From contig CAIMUP010000006.1 in the NCBI GenBank assembly GCA_903844645.1, positions 2,055 to 66,054 on the forward strand: a DNA stretch of 64,000 nt, written 5' to 3'. Origin of the DNA: an uncultured Bacteroidota bacterium. Lineage in GTDB: Bacteria; Bacteroidota; Bacteroidia; AKYH767-A; JABDAW01. Positions 50,311 through 59,004 of the stretch are shown in pieces; the stretch's first letter is position 1; every line of letters begins with the position of its first letter. The position numbers and the translations under genes were made by a program. The notes beneath the pieces were generated by a model. That model saw nothing but the letters and a program-made list of their open reading frames with translations. It searched no databases and had not been told where the DNA came from.

Positions 50311-52032
50311 TTACTTCTGCACCACAAACTTCCCTCTCACGCTCACTCCCTCTCCATTGGAGAGGGCTGGGGTGAGGCAATAGAAATAAATGCCTGCGCC
50401 CCAGGTGGAAATAGAGATGGTATTATCAATGCCGCAGAGCTTTTCTTTATAAACTACAGCACCCAGAAGGTCGGTAATAAGTAATGTTTCATTGGGGGTG
50501 TAGGATGCGTGGTGAATGTTGAGAATGGTGGAGGCAGGGTTGGGGTAAATAAAAAATTCACTTATATTCTTAGATAGTTCTTTAATACCAACCGCGCTCG
50601 GACTAACCATAAATTGCCCCATCATTCCTGCATCCTCGTGCATCAGAATATGACAATGGTACATATAAGGAACTACTGTATCTGCAAAGTCAGTGAACTT
50701 AGTAATAAATCGAACCGAGTCATAAGGTGGTACAAGAATGACATCCTTTTTTCCTTGTTCTTCAGGAGTGGCAGATATTCCATTTCTATCAAGAATATAA
50801 AAATACTCATCGTGCAGATGGAAGGGATGTGCGACCATTGTTTTATTAACCAATGTCCAGACTTCAACGCTGTTTAGTGGAATCACATAATCTATTCGCA
50901 TCATATCAAAAGTGCTATCATTAAAATAAAACGGACCGTCCATAACGGTATCGTTATCGGCTGTAAAATTAATTTGTCTGTAAGCGTTTACCTGATTTTC
51001 TTGATAAGGATTATTTGCAATTAGTGTTGAAGGAATTGTTGTTACAGGATTTGTCGTTGGTGGTACAACATTAAACTTCAGGATATTAAAATTAATGCCA
51101 TTCAAAGGACTATCCATAGGTGGTCCTCCGCTCATTGGCATCGTTGGTCCGCCTTGTATTCCCATTGGTAATTCAGCACCATAAGACATCAAATAAAAAG
51201 TCTGCCCGTTCATACCATTTAAGTTTAAAAGAATTTCAGCACGCTCACCTGGCGCAATGCGAATTCTTGTGGTATCATGTGGAAGGTCAAGCAAACCGCC
51301 ATCAGTTGCTATCTGATAAAAATGTAAAGGTGATGTAAAACCAAAATTAAAAGCTCGTTCGCCGGAAGCATTCAATAATCGTAACCGGATAACCTGTGCG
51401 GGGACATCTAAATATGTTGAATCACTATTATTTGCACGTGTTCCATTGACAAGCAAAGTGCTATCTTGCATTCCAAGTTGCATTGCCTGATTTAAGGAAT
51501 CATATTGTTGGCATTGAACAATTATTGGAAAATCATCTATGCCATATTTTCTTGGTAAAGTCAAAGTTGCTTCCGCGCTATCTCTGACAATAATTAATCC
51601 CGCAGCACCCTTGATTGCCTGAACCGCCGTTTTCATATCAAGGTGAGGATGATACCAGTATGTTGCAGCATCATTCATAACTGTAAATTGAGGATTCCAA
51701 GAAGCATTATTCAGGATAGGAGAATGTGGTCCACCATCCCACTTTGCGGGTACATGTAAGCCATGCCAATGAATAGTTGTGGTATCTCCTATTTGGTTAT
51801 TAACGGTGATATTTACATTGGTTCCATTGTTTAATATCAGGGTTGGTCCTAAGTAATGGTTTGCATTAAAGGCATAGGTTTGGGAAATCATTCCAGAGAA
51901 AAACTGAACGCTATCTTTATGCATCGTAAGGTTATAATTAGGTCCTGTTAATGTATCTGGAATGAACAATGGAGTTTGTGCAATTGTTCTTATTGCAATT
52001 AATAAAAAAATAAAGATGGTTGTTTGTCTCAT
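50311..52032 (-). CDS. Multicopper oxidase (CueO-like) with T9SS type A CTD
   Basis: HWHG, WYHPH, HPFHLH and HCHILMHEDAGMM copper motifs; CTD IYPNPAS. Confidence 0.93.
   Translation of the reverse strand: MRQTTIFIFLLIAIRTIAQTPLFIPDTLTGPNYNLTMHKDSVQFFSGMISQTYAFNANHYLGPTLILNNGTNVNITVNNQIGDTTTIHWHGLHVPAKWDGGPHSPILNNASWNPQFTVMNDAATYWYHPHLDMKTAVQAIKGAAGLIIVRDSAEATLTLPRKYGIDDFPIIVQCQQYDSLNQAMQLGMQDSTLLVNGTRANNSDSTYLDVPAQVIRLRLLNASGERAFNFGFTSPLHFYQIATDGGLLDLPHDTTRIRIAPGERAEILLNLNGMNGQTFYLMSYGAELPMGIQGGPTMPMSGGPPMDSPLNGINFNILKFNVVPPTTNPVTTIPSTLIANNPYQENQVNAYRQINFTADNDTVMDGPFYFNDSTFDMMRIDYVIPLNSVEVWTLVNKTMVAHPFHLHDEYFYILDRNGISATPEEQGKKDVILVPPYDSVRFITKFTDFADTVVPYMYHCHILMHEDAGMMGQFMVSPSAVGIKELSKNISEFFIYPNPASTILNIHHASYTPNETLLITDLLGAVVYKEKLCGIDNTISISTWGAGIYFYCLTPALSNGEGVSVRGKFVVQK
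50346..50377. repeat. GC-rich REP-like hairpin element lying in frame within the oxidase CTD
   Basis: CTCCCTCTCCATTGGAGAGGGCTGGGGTGAGG, translated as LTPALSNGEG. Confidence 0.7.
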
Positions 52033-52042
52033 ACTATTAGTT

Positions 52043-52082
52043 AAAAAAAACGGGCAGCAAACTTTTCTTGAATGCTGCCTGT
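52043..52082 (-). terminator. Probable intrinsic terminator between the 293-aa gene and the oxidase
   Basis: GGCAGCA...TGCTGCC stem followed by a T8 tract on the minus strand. Confidence 0.6.
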
Positions 52083-52101
52083 CTTATCGAAGTAATGATA
52101 A

Positions 52102-52983
52102 TTATTGTTTAATAAATTTTTTGCTTATTGTTCCTTCATTGGTAATCACTTTCAATATATAATTTCCTTGTGGTAGGTTCGCAACATCAAGCGATGTAGT
52201 AGCTGTAGGATGAATCTGTTGAAAGGACTTAACCATTTTTCCACTGATGTCACTAATTTCTATGTTAACATTCTTTCCATTAATGGTACTCAAATCAACT
52301 GTCATGGTGGTTGCTACCGGATTAGGAAGAATGCTGATTGGTGTAGTCAAAGCAACTTCATTAATTCCGGCGACAGATCCTGTAAAGGCAAGCATATCTA
52401 CCCACAAATAATCATTGGCTGTAGGTGTCATACCACTTGCTCTCAAAACAATTACACAAGTATCAGGATAACCTCCATCAGCATAAACAAAATTAATGGT
52501 GAACGCTGCCCAGCTCATTGCCATACCAGACAATGTTTGATTAGCTGCTGCAACAGTAACACGTTGTCCTAATCCAGCATCCCAACGGGTAAGTAAACAG
52601 GAAACAGAACCTTGGCTACTTCCATAAATCATGTGTTGCCATTTTCCGGTTAAGCTAACGGGGCGCACTGTGCATGGCAGACCTGAATTTGGTAACATGG
52701 AAGTTGTATCCAATGTTCCGCTTACTGCAATTCCATTAACTACATTTGCCCCAATAGTTTTAGAAGTTAGTTTTAAATAAGATGCTCCAGGGCTGCCTGG
52801 TGTACCTTTCTCGCAAGTGTAAACCATAGCTGCACTTGTCATTGAATTAAGATTGCCCCAACTATCGGGCACACTGTAAGAACCCATACTGGTCCAGGTT
52901 TCAAAGCCCCCATTAGGAACTTGTGCTTTGGAAATCGTTACTACGAACATCAAAGCGAATAAAATTGTGTAAATTCTTTTCAT
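52102..52983 (-). CDS. T9SS type A protein with a putative carbohydrate-binding-like domain
   Basis: Signal peptide, QVPNGGFETW N-terminal motif, CTD ILPNPV..GNYILKV..KKFIKQ. Confidence 0.8.
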   Translation of the reverse strand: MKRIYTILFALMFVVTISKAQVPNGGFETWTSMGSYSVPDSWGNLNSMTSAAMVYTCEKGTPGSPGASYLKLTSKTIGANVVNGIAVSGTLDTTSMLPNSGLPCTVRPVSLTGKWQHMIYGSSQGSVSCLLTRWDAGLGQRVTVAAANQTLSGMAMSWAAFTINFVYADGGYPDTCVIVLRASGMTPTANDYLWVDMLAFTGSVAGINEVALTTPISILPNPVATTMTVDLSTINGKNVNIEISDISGKMVKSFQQIHPTATTSLDVANLPQGNYILKVITNEGTISKKFIKQ

Positions 52984-53014
52984 CGTTTTATTTTTTTTAA
53001 TTTATTTAAGTTTC

Positions 53015-53476
53015 TTATTTTTTATTAATCTTCTCCAAGTCCATTCCACACTTTGGACATTTACCAGCTTTATCACTTGTAACTTCGGGGTGCATTGGGC
53101 AAGCGTAGGTCATTGCAACATTCATTTTCTCGGTTTTCTTTTTACTGTCTTTTTCCATCATTGAGCATTTGTCCATCTTACCGCTCATGTCCATACATTC
53201 ACCTTCTTTCATTTGCATTTTCTTTCCGTCTTTCATAATACATTCGCCATTGGTCATACACTTAGTTCCATTTTTCATGGTCATGTCTTTTTCCATTGGT
53301 GTGGATTTTCCGTCTTTCATGCACCTCATTTTTCCGTTTTTCATCATGCAACAATCTTTCATTGCTGTAGAATCGGATTTGGTTTGTGCAAAAGAATTAG
53401 TTGCTGTAAAGCATACAACCAGCATGAGCATTGAAGCAATCATGGTGGCAATCATTTTTTTGTTTTTCATTTTCAT
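53015..53476 (-). CDS. Met-rich exported protein (DUF6799-like) with C-terminal heavy-metal-binding domain
   Basis: Signal peptide, MKNG/MKDG repeats, YACPMHPEV..GKCPKCGMDL. Confidence 0.85.
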   Translation of the reverse strand: MKMKNKKMIATMIASMLMLVVCFTATNSFAQTKSDSTAMKDCCMMKNGKMRCMKDGKSTPMEKDMTMKNGTKCMTNGECIMKDGKKMQMKEGECMDMSGKMDKCSMMEKDSKKKTEKMNVAMTYACPMHPEVTSDKAGKCPKCGMDLEKINKK

Positions 53477-53479
53477 TAT

Positions 53480-54577
53480 TTATTTCATTATCTTTTGTGT
53501 GATTATAGAATTATCCGTTTTTATTTGGATAACATAAATTCCACTTTGAAACTTAGACATATCAATGATCTTACTGGTAGCATCCAATGTTTCTTTGTAA
53601 ATAGTTTGCCCTAATACATCTGCAATAGAAATTTCCTTGAACGATTCGCCATTGGATTGAATGGTAACTTTATCGGTAACAGGGTTTGGATAGATACCAA
53701 ATAATTGACCGTTAGTAGGATTATCAATGCCTGTAGTAATAGCATCTACAACATCTACCGAAAGGATAGAAGCTGATGCCATTCTGTTTAACTGATGAGA
53801 GATACACATACTATCTATACATCCATGTCCATCAGAAATGTATAAGCAAATGGTATAATATCCAGCGGCAGCATATCCATGTCCGGGATGAGAAATAGTA
53901 TCAGAACTGTTGTCTCCCCAAGTCCATAAATAAGAGATAGGTGCTGCACCAGATGATGCGTCAACTGCCCAATAATGATGTGGATGCGTGGTATCCGCGT
54001 GAAGCGAAAAATTAGCATGGCAAGTACCGCTGTAATGATGATTCCCTACATGGAATGTATCGCAAGAATGGCAGTTATTAGAATCGGTTACGCAAACCCA
54101 ATACGTTCCGGGTGCTAAATGATCACGATAATGATTCGTCGAACCATCATTCCAAAGGAAGGTATATGGAGGCGTTCCGTTGGTAAGCGAAAGCGAAATC
54201 CAGCCATCATGACAAGTATCGCAAGTAGCGATTTGTGTGGTTCCATGAACTTCCAAATGACAATGATGGATTCCGGTAACGACAACCGAATCGCAATAGG
54301 TGTCGCAGGCATGATGATTGTCATCATACATCGTAACGCATACCCAATACGTTCCCGGGTAGTCAAAAACATGGGTAGGATTGGTAACATGGTCGTTGTC
54401 GCCATCGCCAAAATGCCAGTAAAATGTCGGAGTTGTAGGTCCGGTACTGGTGTTGGTGAAGGCGATGGTGTTGTTGGCAGTTTGATGCCAAGTGAAGCCT
54501 GAAGTGCAGGTTGCTGTAGCTTCGGAAATCGTTAAAACGAACATCAAAGCAATTAAAATGGTGTAAATTTTTTTCAT
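53480..54577 (-). CDS. His/Cys-rich PKD-domain T9SS type A protein
   Basis: WHFGDG and WTWGDN PKD motifs, PGTYWVCVT twice, many HH pairs, CTD IYPNPV. Confidence 0.85.
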   Translation of the reverse strand: MKKIYTILIALMFVLTISEATATCTSGFTWHQTANNTIAFTNTSTGPTTPTFYWHFGDGDNDHVTNPTHVFDYPGTYWVCVTMYDDNHHACDTYCDSVVVTGIHHCHLEVHGTTQIATCDTCHDGWISLSLTNGTPPYTFLWNDGSTNHYRDHLAPGTYWVCVTDSNNCHSCDTFHVGNHHYSGTCHANFSLHADTTHPHHYWAVDASSGAAPISYLWTWGDNSSDTISHPGHGYAAAGYYTICLYISDGHGCIDSMCISHQLNRMASASILSVDVVDAITTGIDNPTNGQLFGIYPNPVTDKVTIQSNGESFKEISIADVLGQTIYKETLDATSKIIDMSKFQSGIYVIQIKTDNSIITQKIMK

Positions 54578-54604
54578 CTTTTTATTTATTAAATTATTAA
54601 TTTT

Positions 54605-56065
54605 TTATTTTTCTACCGAAAACTTTCCTTGATAAGCTTCCTTGTTATTTTTTAGCTGATAAAAATAAATTCCATTGCTCCAACGCGAGACATCAATCGA
54701 AGTATTTATACCATTAATTAATTGCTGATGAACCTCTCTGCCCGCAACATCGGTGATCAATAATTCTTGATTATCCGTCTTGGAATTGATGAAGAAATTT
54801 ACCGATGTATTCGCGGGATTAGGATAAACAACACAGCTTAAATTGCTTGACAAATTATCCGAAGCATTTGTAATAACAGCATTAAATGTTCCCTTTCTAT
54901 ATCTCACAACTCCTGCGCCATCATCTTCCCAAACCACATGAATGGTATTTATTCCAAGCACAACATCGGCATTGGTAATGTTATTCAAATCAACGGTATC
55001 ATACATTGTAGGAAACCCATTGGCAATATTATTTGTGAATAAAACAGGTAGCTGGTCATTGTTACTTACAGTTTGTTTCCAAACTATTGCTGCGGCATTT
55101 CCATTGTTTGCCATGCGGGGATAATTCTGGAGGGTTAAGCCGGAAATCGAGCCGGTCAATGCCACTGTAGGTCCTGCTGTTAAATTACTAACAGAGGATT
55201 TGCTATAATAACATCTATCCATTCCACTTGCGCCACTCATAAAAGCCGAATACAAAGTATCACCGATAATAAATCCATCAGGTCCGCTGGATGGGCAGGA
55301 CATCAACATCCAATTATTTTGATCAACCCTCATTCCATTCGTAAAAGCCGAGCCGCCATTGGTAGAAATCCCTGCCCAGGTATTACGATAATTCGCATTA
55401 GCATCGCGATAAGACATGGCAACGTTATTGCCGGAACTGATAATAGCACCCGGACAGCAATCGCAAATATATCCGCCTGACCAACCGCTTGCTAACACAC
55501 TTGGCGAAAAAGTCATTCCATAATCATTGGATTTTGCAACCGTCCAACGGGCATTGCCAAATGAAGAATTAAATCTCATAAATCCAACCAAAGGATTGCC
55601 TGAACTATTAGTGGTAACAGTCGGGAAGCGGGTAAGGCTATCATTAAAATCTACCTGAACAGGCATCGAAAAAGTCATGCCGCCATTGTAGGAATGAACC
55701 ATGAAAATATGATTGGTATCCGAACCTTCCGGCTCTCTTTTATAGACCATGTACACCGTATCGCCATGCGAAGCAATATCGGGACCAGCCCATGTTTCAG
55801 CCATTACATCATGTGTTCCGGGATTAACAGCCATAGGCGTGACAAACATACTCCCGTTCCAGCGAGTAAAATAGGCTTTCCCGCTATTATTGTCCCCCCA
55901 TAAAACCAATGGGTTTCCGGCAGCATCGAGCGTGATACGCGGATGATGGTTCTGATAACCTGCAATGGCAACAGTTATCGGAGCAGACCATGTGATTCCG
56001 CTTTGAGCTTTGGAAATCGTAACCACGAACATCAAAGCAATTAAAATGGTGTAAATTTTTTTCAT
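54605..56065 (-). CDS. BNR/Asp-box (sialidase-like) propeller protein with T9SS type A CTD
   Basis: Asp boxes SYNGGMTF, SNDYGMTF and STNGGSAF, plus CDCCP, SCPSSGP and CTD VYPNPA. TAACTTTG promoter at 56094-56101. Confidence 0.85.
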   Translation of the reverse strand: MKKIYTILIALMFVVTISKAQSGITWSAPITVAIAGYQNHHPRITLDAAGNPLVLWGDNNSGKAYFTRWNGSMFVTPMAVNPGTHDVMAETWAGPDIASHGDTVYMVYKREPEGSDTNHIFMVHSYNGGMTFSMPVQVDFNDSLTRFPTVTTNSSGNPLVGFMRFNSSFGNARWTVAKSNDYGMTFSPSVLASGWSGGYICDCCPGAIISSGNNVAMSYRDANANYRNTWAGISTNGGSAFTNGMRVDQNNWMLMSCPSSGPDGFIIGDTLYSAFMSGASGMDRCYYSKSSVSNLTAGPTVALTGSISGLTLQNYPRMANNGNAAAIVWKQTVSNNDQLPVLFTNNIANGFPTMYDTVDLNNITNADVVLGINTIHVVWEDDGAGVVRYRKGTFNAVITNASDNLSSNLSCVVYPNPANTSVNFFINSKTDNQELLITDVAGREVHQQLINGINTSIDVSRWSNGIYFYQLKNNKEAYQGKFSVEK

Positions 56066-56098
56066 CTTTTTATTTTTTTAATTAATTAGAGTGCAAAG

Positions 56099-56257
56099 TT
56101 ACAAATAATATTTGAGATAACCAAAATCCCTCCCCATTTCTTCTGTATAATTCTCGCTTTCCAAAATCTTTTTGCCTAATGCACGAAATCGAATTTCGAA
56201 CTTTGAATCAATCGCTTTTGGCATCTTTTTGTAACGTGGTTTCTTCGGTATTTTCAT
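56099..56257 (-). CDS. Possible 52-aa basic protein or gene remnant
   Basis: MKIPKKPRYKKMPK...YL with an A-rich start context, read manually (below the ORF-track cutoff). Confidence 0.35.
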   Translation of the reverse strand: MKIPKKPRYKKMPKAIDSKFEIRFRALGKKILESENYTEEMGRDFGYLKYYL

Positions 56258-56270
56258 TGTTATTTATTTA

Positions 56271-56303
56271 AGACCTTCAAGGATTTAAAAACCTTGAAGG
56301 TCT
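56271..56303. repeat. REP-like palindrome followed by a 7-bp tract
   Basis: AGACCTTCAAGG-ATTTAAAAA-CCTTGAAGGTCT, then TTTCTGA TTTCTAA TTTTTAA TTCCTAA. Confidence 0.75.
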
Positions 56304-56339
56304 GGTTTCTGATTTCTAATTTTTAATTCCTAATTGACT

Positions 56340-57266
56340 TTAGATTCCTTTCACCGTTATCCATACTACATCGCAGAAACTGCCGGTGCGTTTATCGTCT
56401 AACAGATAGATTGCCTGATAGCCCCACAATGCACTTGCGCCTACTGCGGGCAATGCGCTCATGTCAGTAAAATGCGGCAATTTGGGTTTATCCAAAGCTA
56501 CCATGCCGCTTCCATTCGATGAATTTTTCTGCAATTCAACACCATCATAAATACTTTTTACATATTTGATTTCGGGATGACCACCCGCCACCAATTCCCA
56601 ACGCAGATGTGGCTTTGCCGTCAAAGGGTTAATGGAGGAATGTCCTATCTCGAAGCCCAAAGTCTCGCCATCGGTAACGCTATAAATACTCTTTTGGACT
56701 TTGATTCGCTGCACTTTCTCGCGATAGCGGGCAACGATTCCCGGAGCAACAGAAGTGGGCGGCGTGGAAACATCAACGCCCACGGGCCACGCTGATACAG
56801 AAGTACCAGTTCCGAACAACAATTCATCCCCCTTTGAGGTCCACTTTTTGGCATAAATAGGACCTTCGGTGTGCTTGGTGGCATAAAACCGAACATACGC
56901 AGCATCATTCACCACTTCGGTCACATCGGAAGCGATAAATTTGTACTTCGTGGCAAGGGTTCCCGGAAGGTTCAGAGCAAATTTATCCAACTGGTTTGCC
57001 AGCAACGGAATTTCTTGTTCAACATAATCCTTTGGCTTAACGATCGTCGCAAGAGCAATCAAGAAAGGTCTGCCCTCTATCATGATTACAGTACCCTCGT
57101 TTCTTTCCTTTTCCATCAATTCCGGCATAAGAAATTTTCCTTCCTTTCGGAGGGCAATCTCTTCAATGATTCTACGGTTTTTCATTTCTCTTTCCAGCAA
57201 TTCGTGGAAAGGAAGCATCACCCCGTTTTGGAGTGGTAAAATTTCTTTAATGTTTAAATTTTTCAT
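56340..57266 (-). CDS. Uncharacterised protein: helical N-domain plus C-terminal beta-sandwich (FN3-like)
   Basis: 308-aa ORF with no signal peptide; C-terminal W.YQAIY..DD...G.F.D.V.ITV pattern. Fold assignment is inferred. Confidence 0.75.
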   Translation of the reverse strand: MKNLNIKEILPLQNGVMLPFHELLEREMKNRRIIEEIALRKEGKFLMPELMEKERNEGTVIMIEGRPFLIALATIVKPKDYVEQEIPLLANQLDKFALNLPGTLATKYKFIASDVTEVVNDAAYVRFYATKHTEGPIYAKKWTSKGDELLFGTGTSVSAWPVGVDVSTPPTSVAPGIVARYREKVQRIKVQKSIYSVTDGETLGFEIGHSSINPLTAKPHLRWELVAGGHPEIKYVKSIYDGVELQKNSSNGSGMVALDKPKLPHFTDMSALPAVGASALWGYQAIYLLDDKRTGSFCDVVWITVKGI

Positions 57267-57362
57267 TCGTTTTATTATTTAATTTTCGTTAATTGTATTA
57301 TAAATCAGTGTATTGTTGCATGAGAAAGCATATTATCTACGCCAGATAATGTATAATCTAAG

Positions 57363-57541
57363 CCAGCGGGACGCCCCGCTGACCGTGAAGGGAGCCCCGC
57401 TGACGCAAAAGGTATCCCCGCCGACCGCGAAGGGAGCCCCGCTGGCGTAAAAGGTATCCCCGCTGACCGCGAAGGTATCCCCGCTGACCGCGAAGGTATC
57501 CCCGCTGGCGCAGATAATATCCCCGCTGGCGTAAATAATCC
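57363..57541. repeat. 21-bp tandem array, 8 units, starting with a small fold-back
   Basis: CCCCGCTGACCGCGAAGGTAT-type units every 21 nt from 57374 to 57521; CAGCGGG inverted copy immediately before the first unit. Confidence 0.93.
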
Positions 57542-57660
57542 GGAAATCGCTGCGGAAAATGGATCAGCATATCCTGACAATAGTCCAAACCACACCCCTA
57601 AACTTCCCAGCAAGTTTTTCATCTTGCAGATAAATTTGGAAATATTTGAGAAACTACTAG

Positions 57661-57740
57661 TAGAGTAGAGTATAGTAGAGTAGAGTATAGTATAGTAGAG
57701 TAGAGTAGAGTAGAGTAGAGTAGAGTAGAGTAGAGTAGAG
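57661..57740. repeat. Pentanucleotide microsatellite (TAGAG/TATAG)16
   Basis: 13 TAGAG plus 3 TATAG units, followed by the near-palindrome TTTCGCCGGGCGAAA. Confidence 0.97.
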
Positions 57741-57927
57741 TTTCGCCGGGCGAAAATTATCAGAAAAATTTCCTAAAATGCAAACTCCGCCCAAGTTTTT
57801 TTGAGAGCCGTTTGCGAGCTTCTGATATGTGTTTTGAATGTTCATTTTTCTGTTTGAGAGTGCAATATTACTAAAAGTTTTTATTCTTCCAAACATTTGT
57901 GCAAATATTTTTGGTGAGCGAATGGTA

Positions 57928-58917
57928 TTAAACCAACTTATTCATCACCAGATACTCTGCAATCTGAACAGCATTGGTGGCAGCTCCCTTTCGCAAATTA
58001 TCAGCAACAATCCACAGGTTTAAGGTATTAGGATTCGATTCATCGCGCCGGATTCTTCCTACAAAAACATCGTCCTTACCGAAGGCAAAAAGAGGCATCG
58101 GATAGTTGTAATTCGCAGGGTCGTCCTGAACAATAATTCCTTTGGTAGATGAAAGAAGATTTCGGACTTCATCCACTTCAAAATCATTTTCAAATTCAAT
58201 ATTCACCGTCTCGGAATGCCCGCCAGTAACCGGAATACGAACCGCGGTAGCTGTAATTCGGATAGAATTATCGCCCAGAATCTTTCGGGTTTCATTCACC
58301 ATTTTCATCTCCTCTTTGGTGTATCCATTATCTGTAAATACATCGCATTGAGGAATACAATTTCTATCTATCTGATAGGGATAAGCCATCTCCCCTACGA
58401 TTCCATTCCGTTCATTTTCCATTTGGCTGACCGCTTTCGCACCTGTCCCGCTTACGGATTGATACGTTGAAATCACTAACCTTTTTATCTTATATTTCTT
58501 ATGAAGCGGATTCAAAACCATCGCCATCTGGATGGTCGAACAATTAGGATTGGCAATGATTTTGTCTTCGCGACTCAATACATTTGCATTGATTTCAGGA
58601 ACGATTAATTTCTTGCCCGGATCCATTCTCCATGCCGAAGAATTATCAATAACAACTGTACCCACTTCAGCAAATTTAGGAGCATACTCCAAGGAGGTAT
58701 TTCCACCCGCAGAGAACAGCGCAATAGCAGGCTTTTGAGTAATGGCATCAGCCATACTTATTACCTTATATTCCTTAGAATTAAAAGTAATATTCTTACC
58801 AACAGACTTCTCTGTTGCTACAAGAATCAACTCTGAAACTGGGAAGTTCCTTTCTTCTAAAACCTTTAACATCATGCCTCCAACCAAGCCGGTTGCGCCT
58901 ACTACAGCTACTTTCAT
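57928..58917 (-). CDS. asd: Aspartate-semialdehyde dehydrogenase
   Basis: VGATGLVG, IDNSSAWRM, ANPNCSTIQM, DNLRKGAATNAVQ. Confidence 0.97.
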   Translation of the reverse strand: MKVAVVGATGLVGGMMLKVLEERNFPVSELILVATEKSVGKNITFNSKEYKVISMADAITQKPAIALFSAGGNTSLEYAPKFAEVGTVVIDNSSAWRMDPGKKLIVPEINANVLSREDKIIANPNCSTIQMAMVLNPLHKKYKIKRLVISTYQSVSGTGAKAVSQMENERNGIVGEMAYPYQIDRNCIPQCDVFTDNGYTKEEMKMVNETRKILGDNSIRITATAVRIPVTGGHSETVNIEFENDFEVDEVRNLLSSTKGIIVQDDPANYNYPMPLFAFGKDDVFVGRIRRDESNPNTLNLWIVADNLRKGAATNAVQIAEYLVMNKLV

Positions 58918-59004
58918 ATTCTTATTTTTTAATATTTTTTAACGATTGTAAATCCATGTCCGCGATTAATTGTACTTTTAAATTTTCAAACTAAATTTAT
59001 TCTT

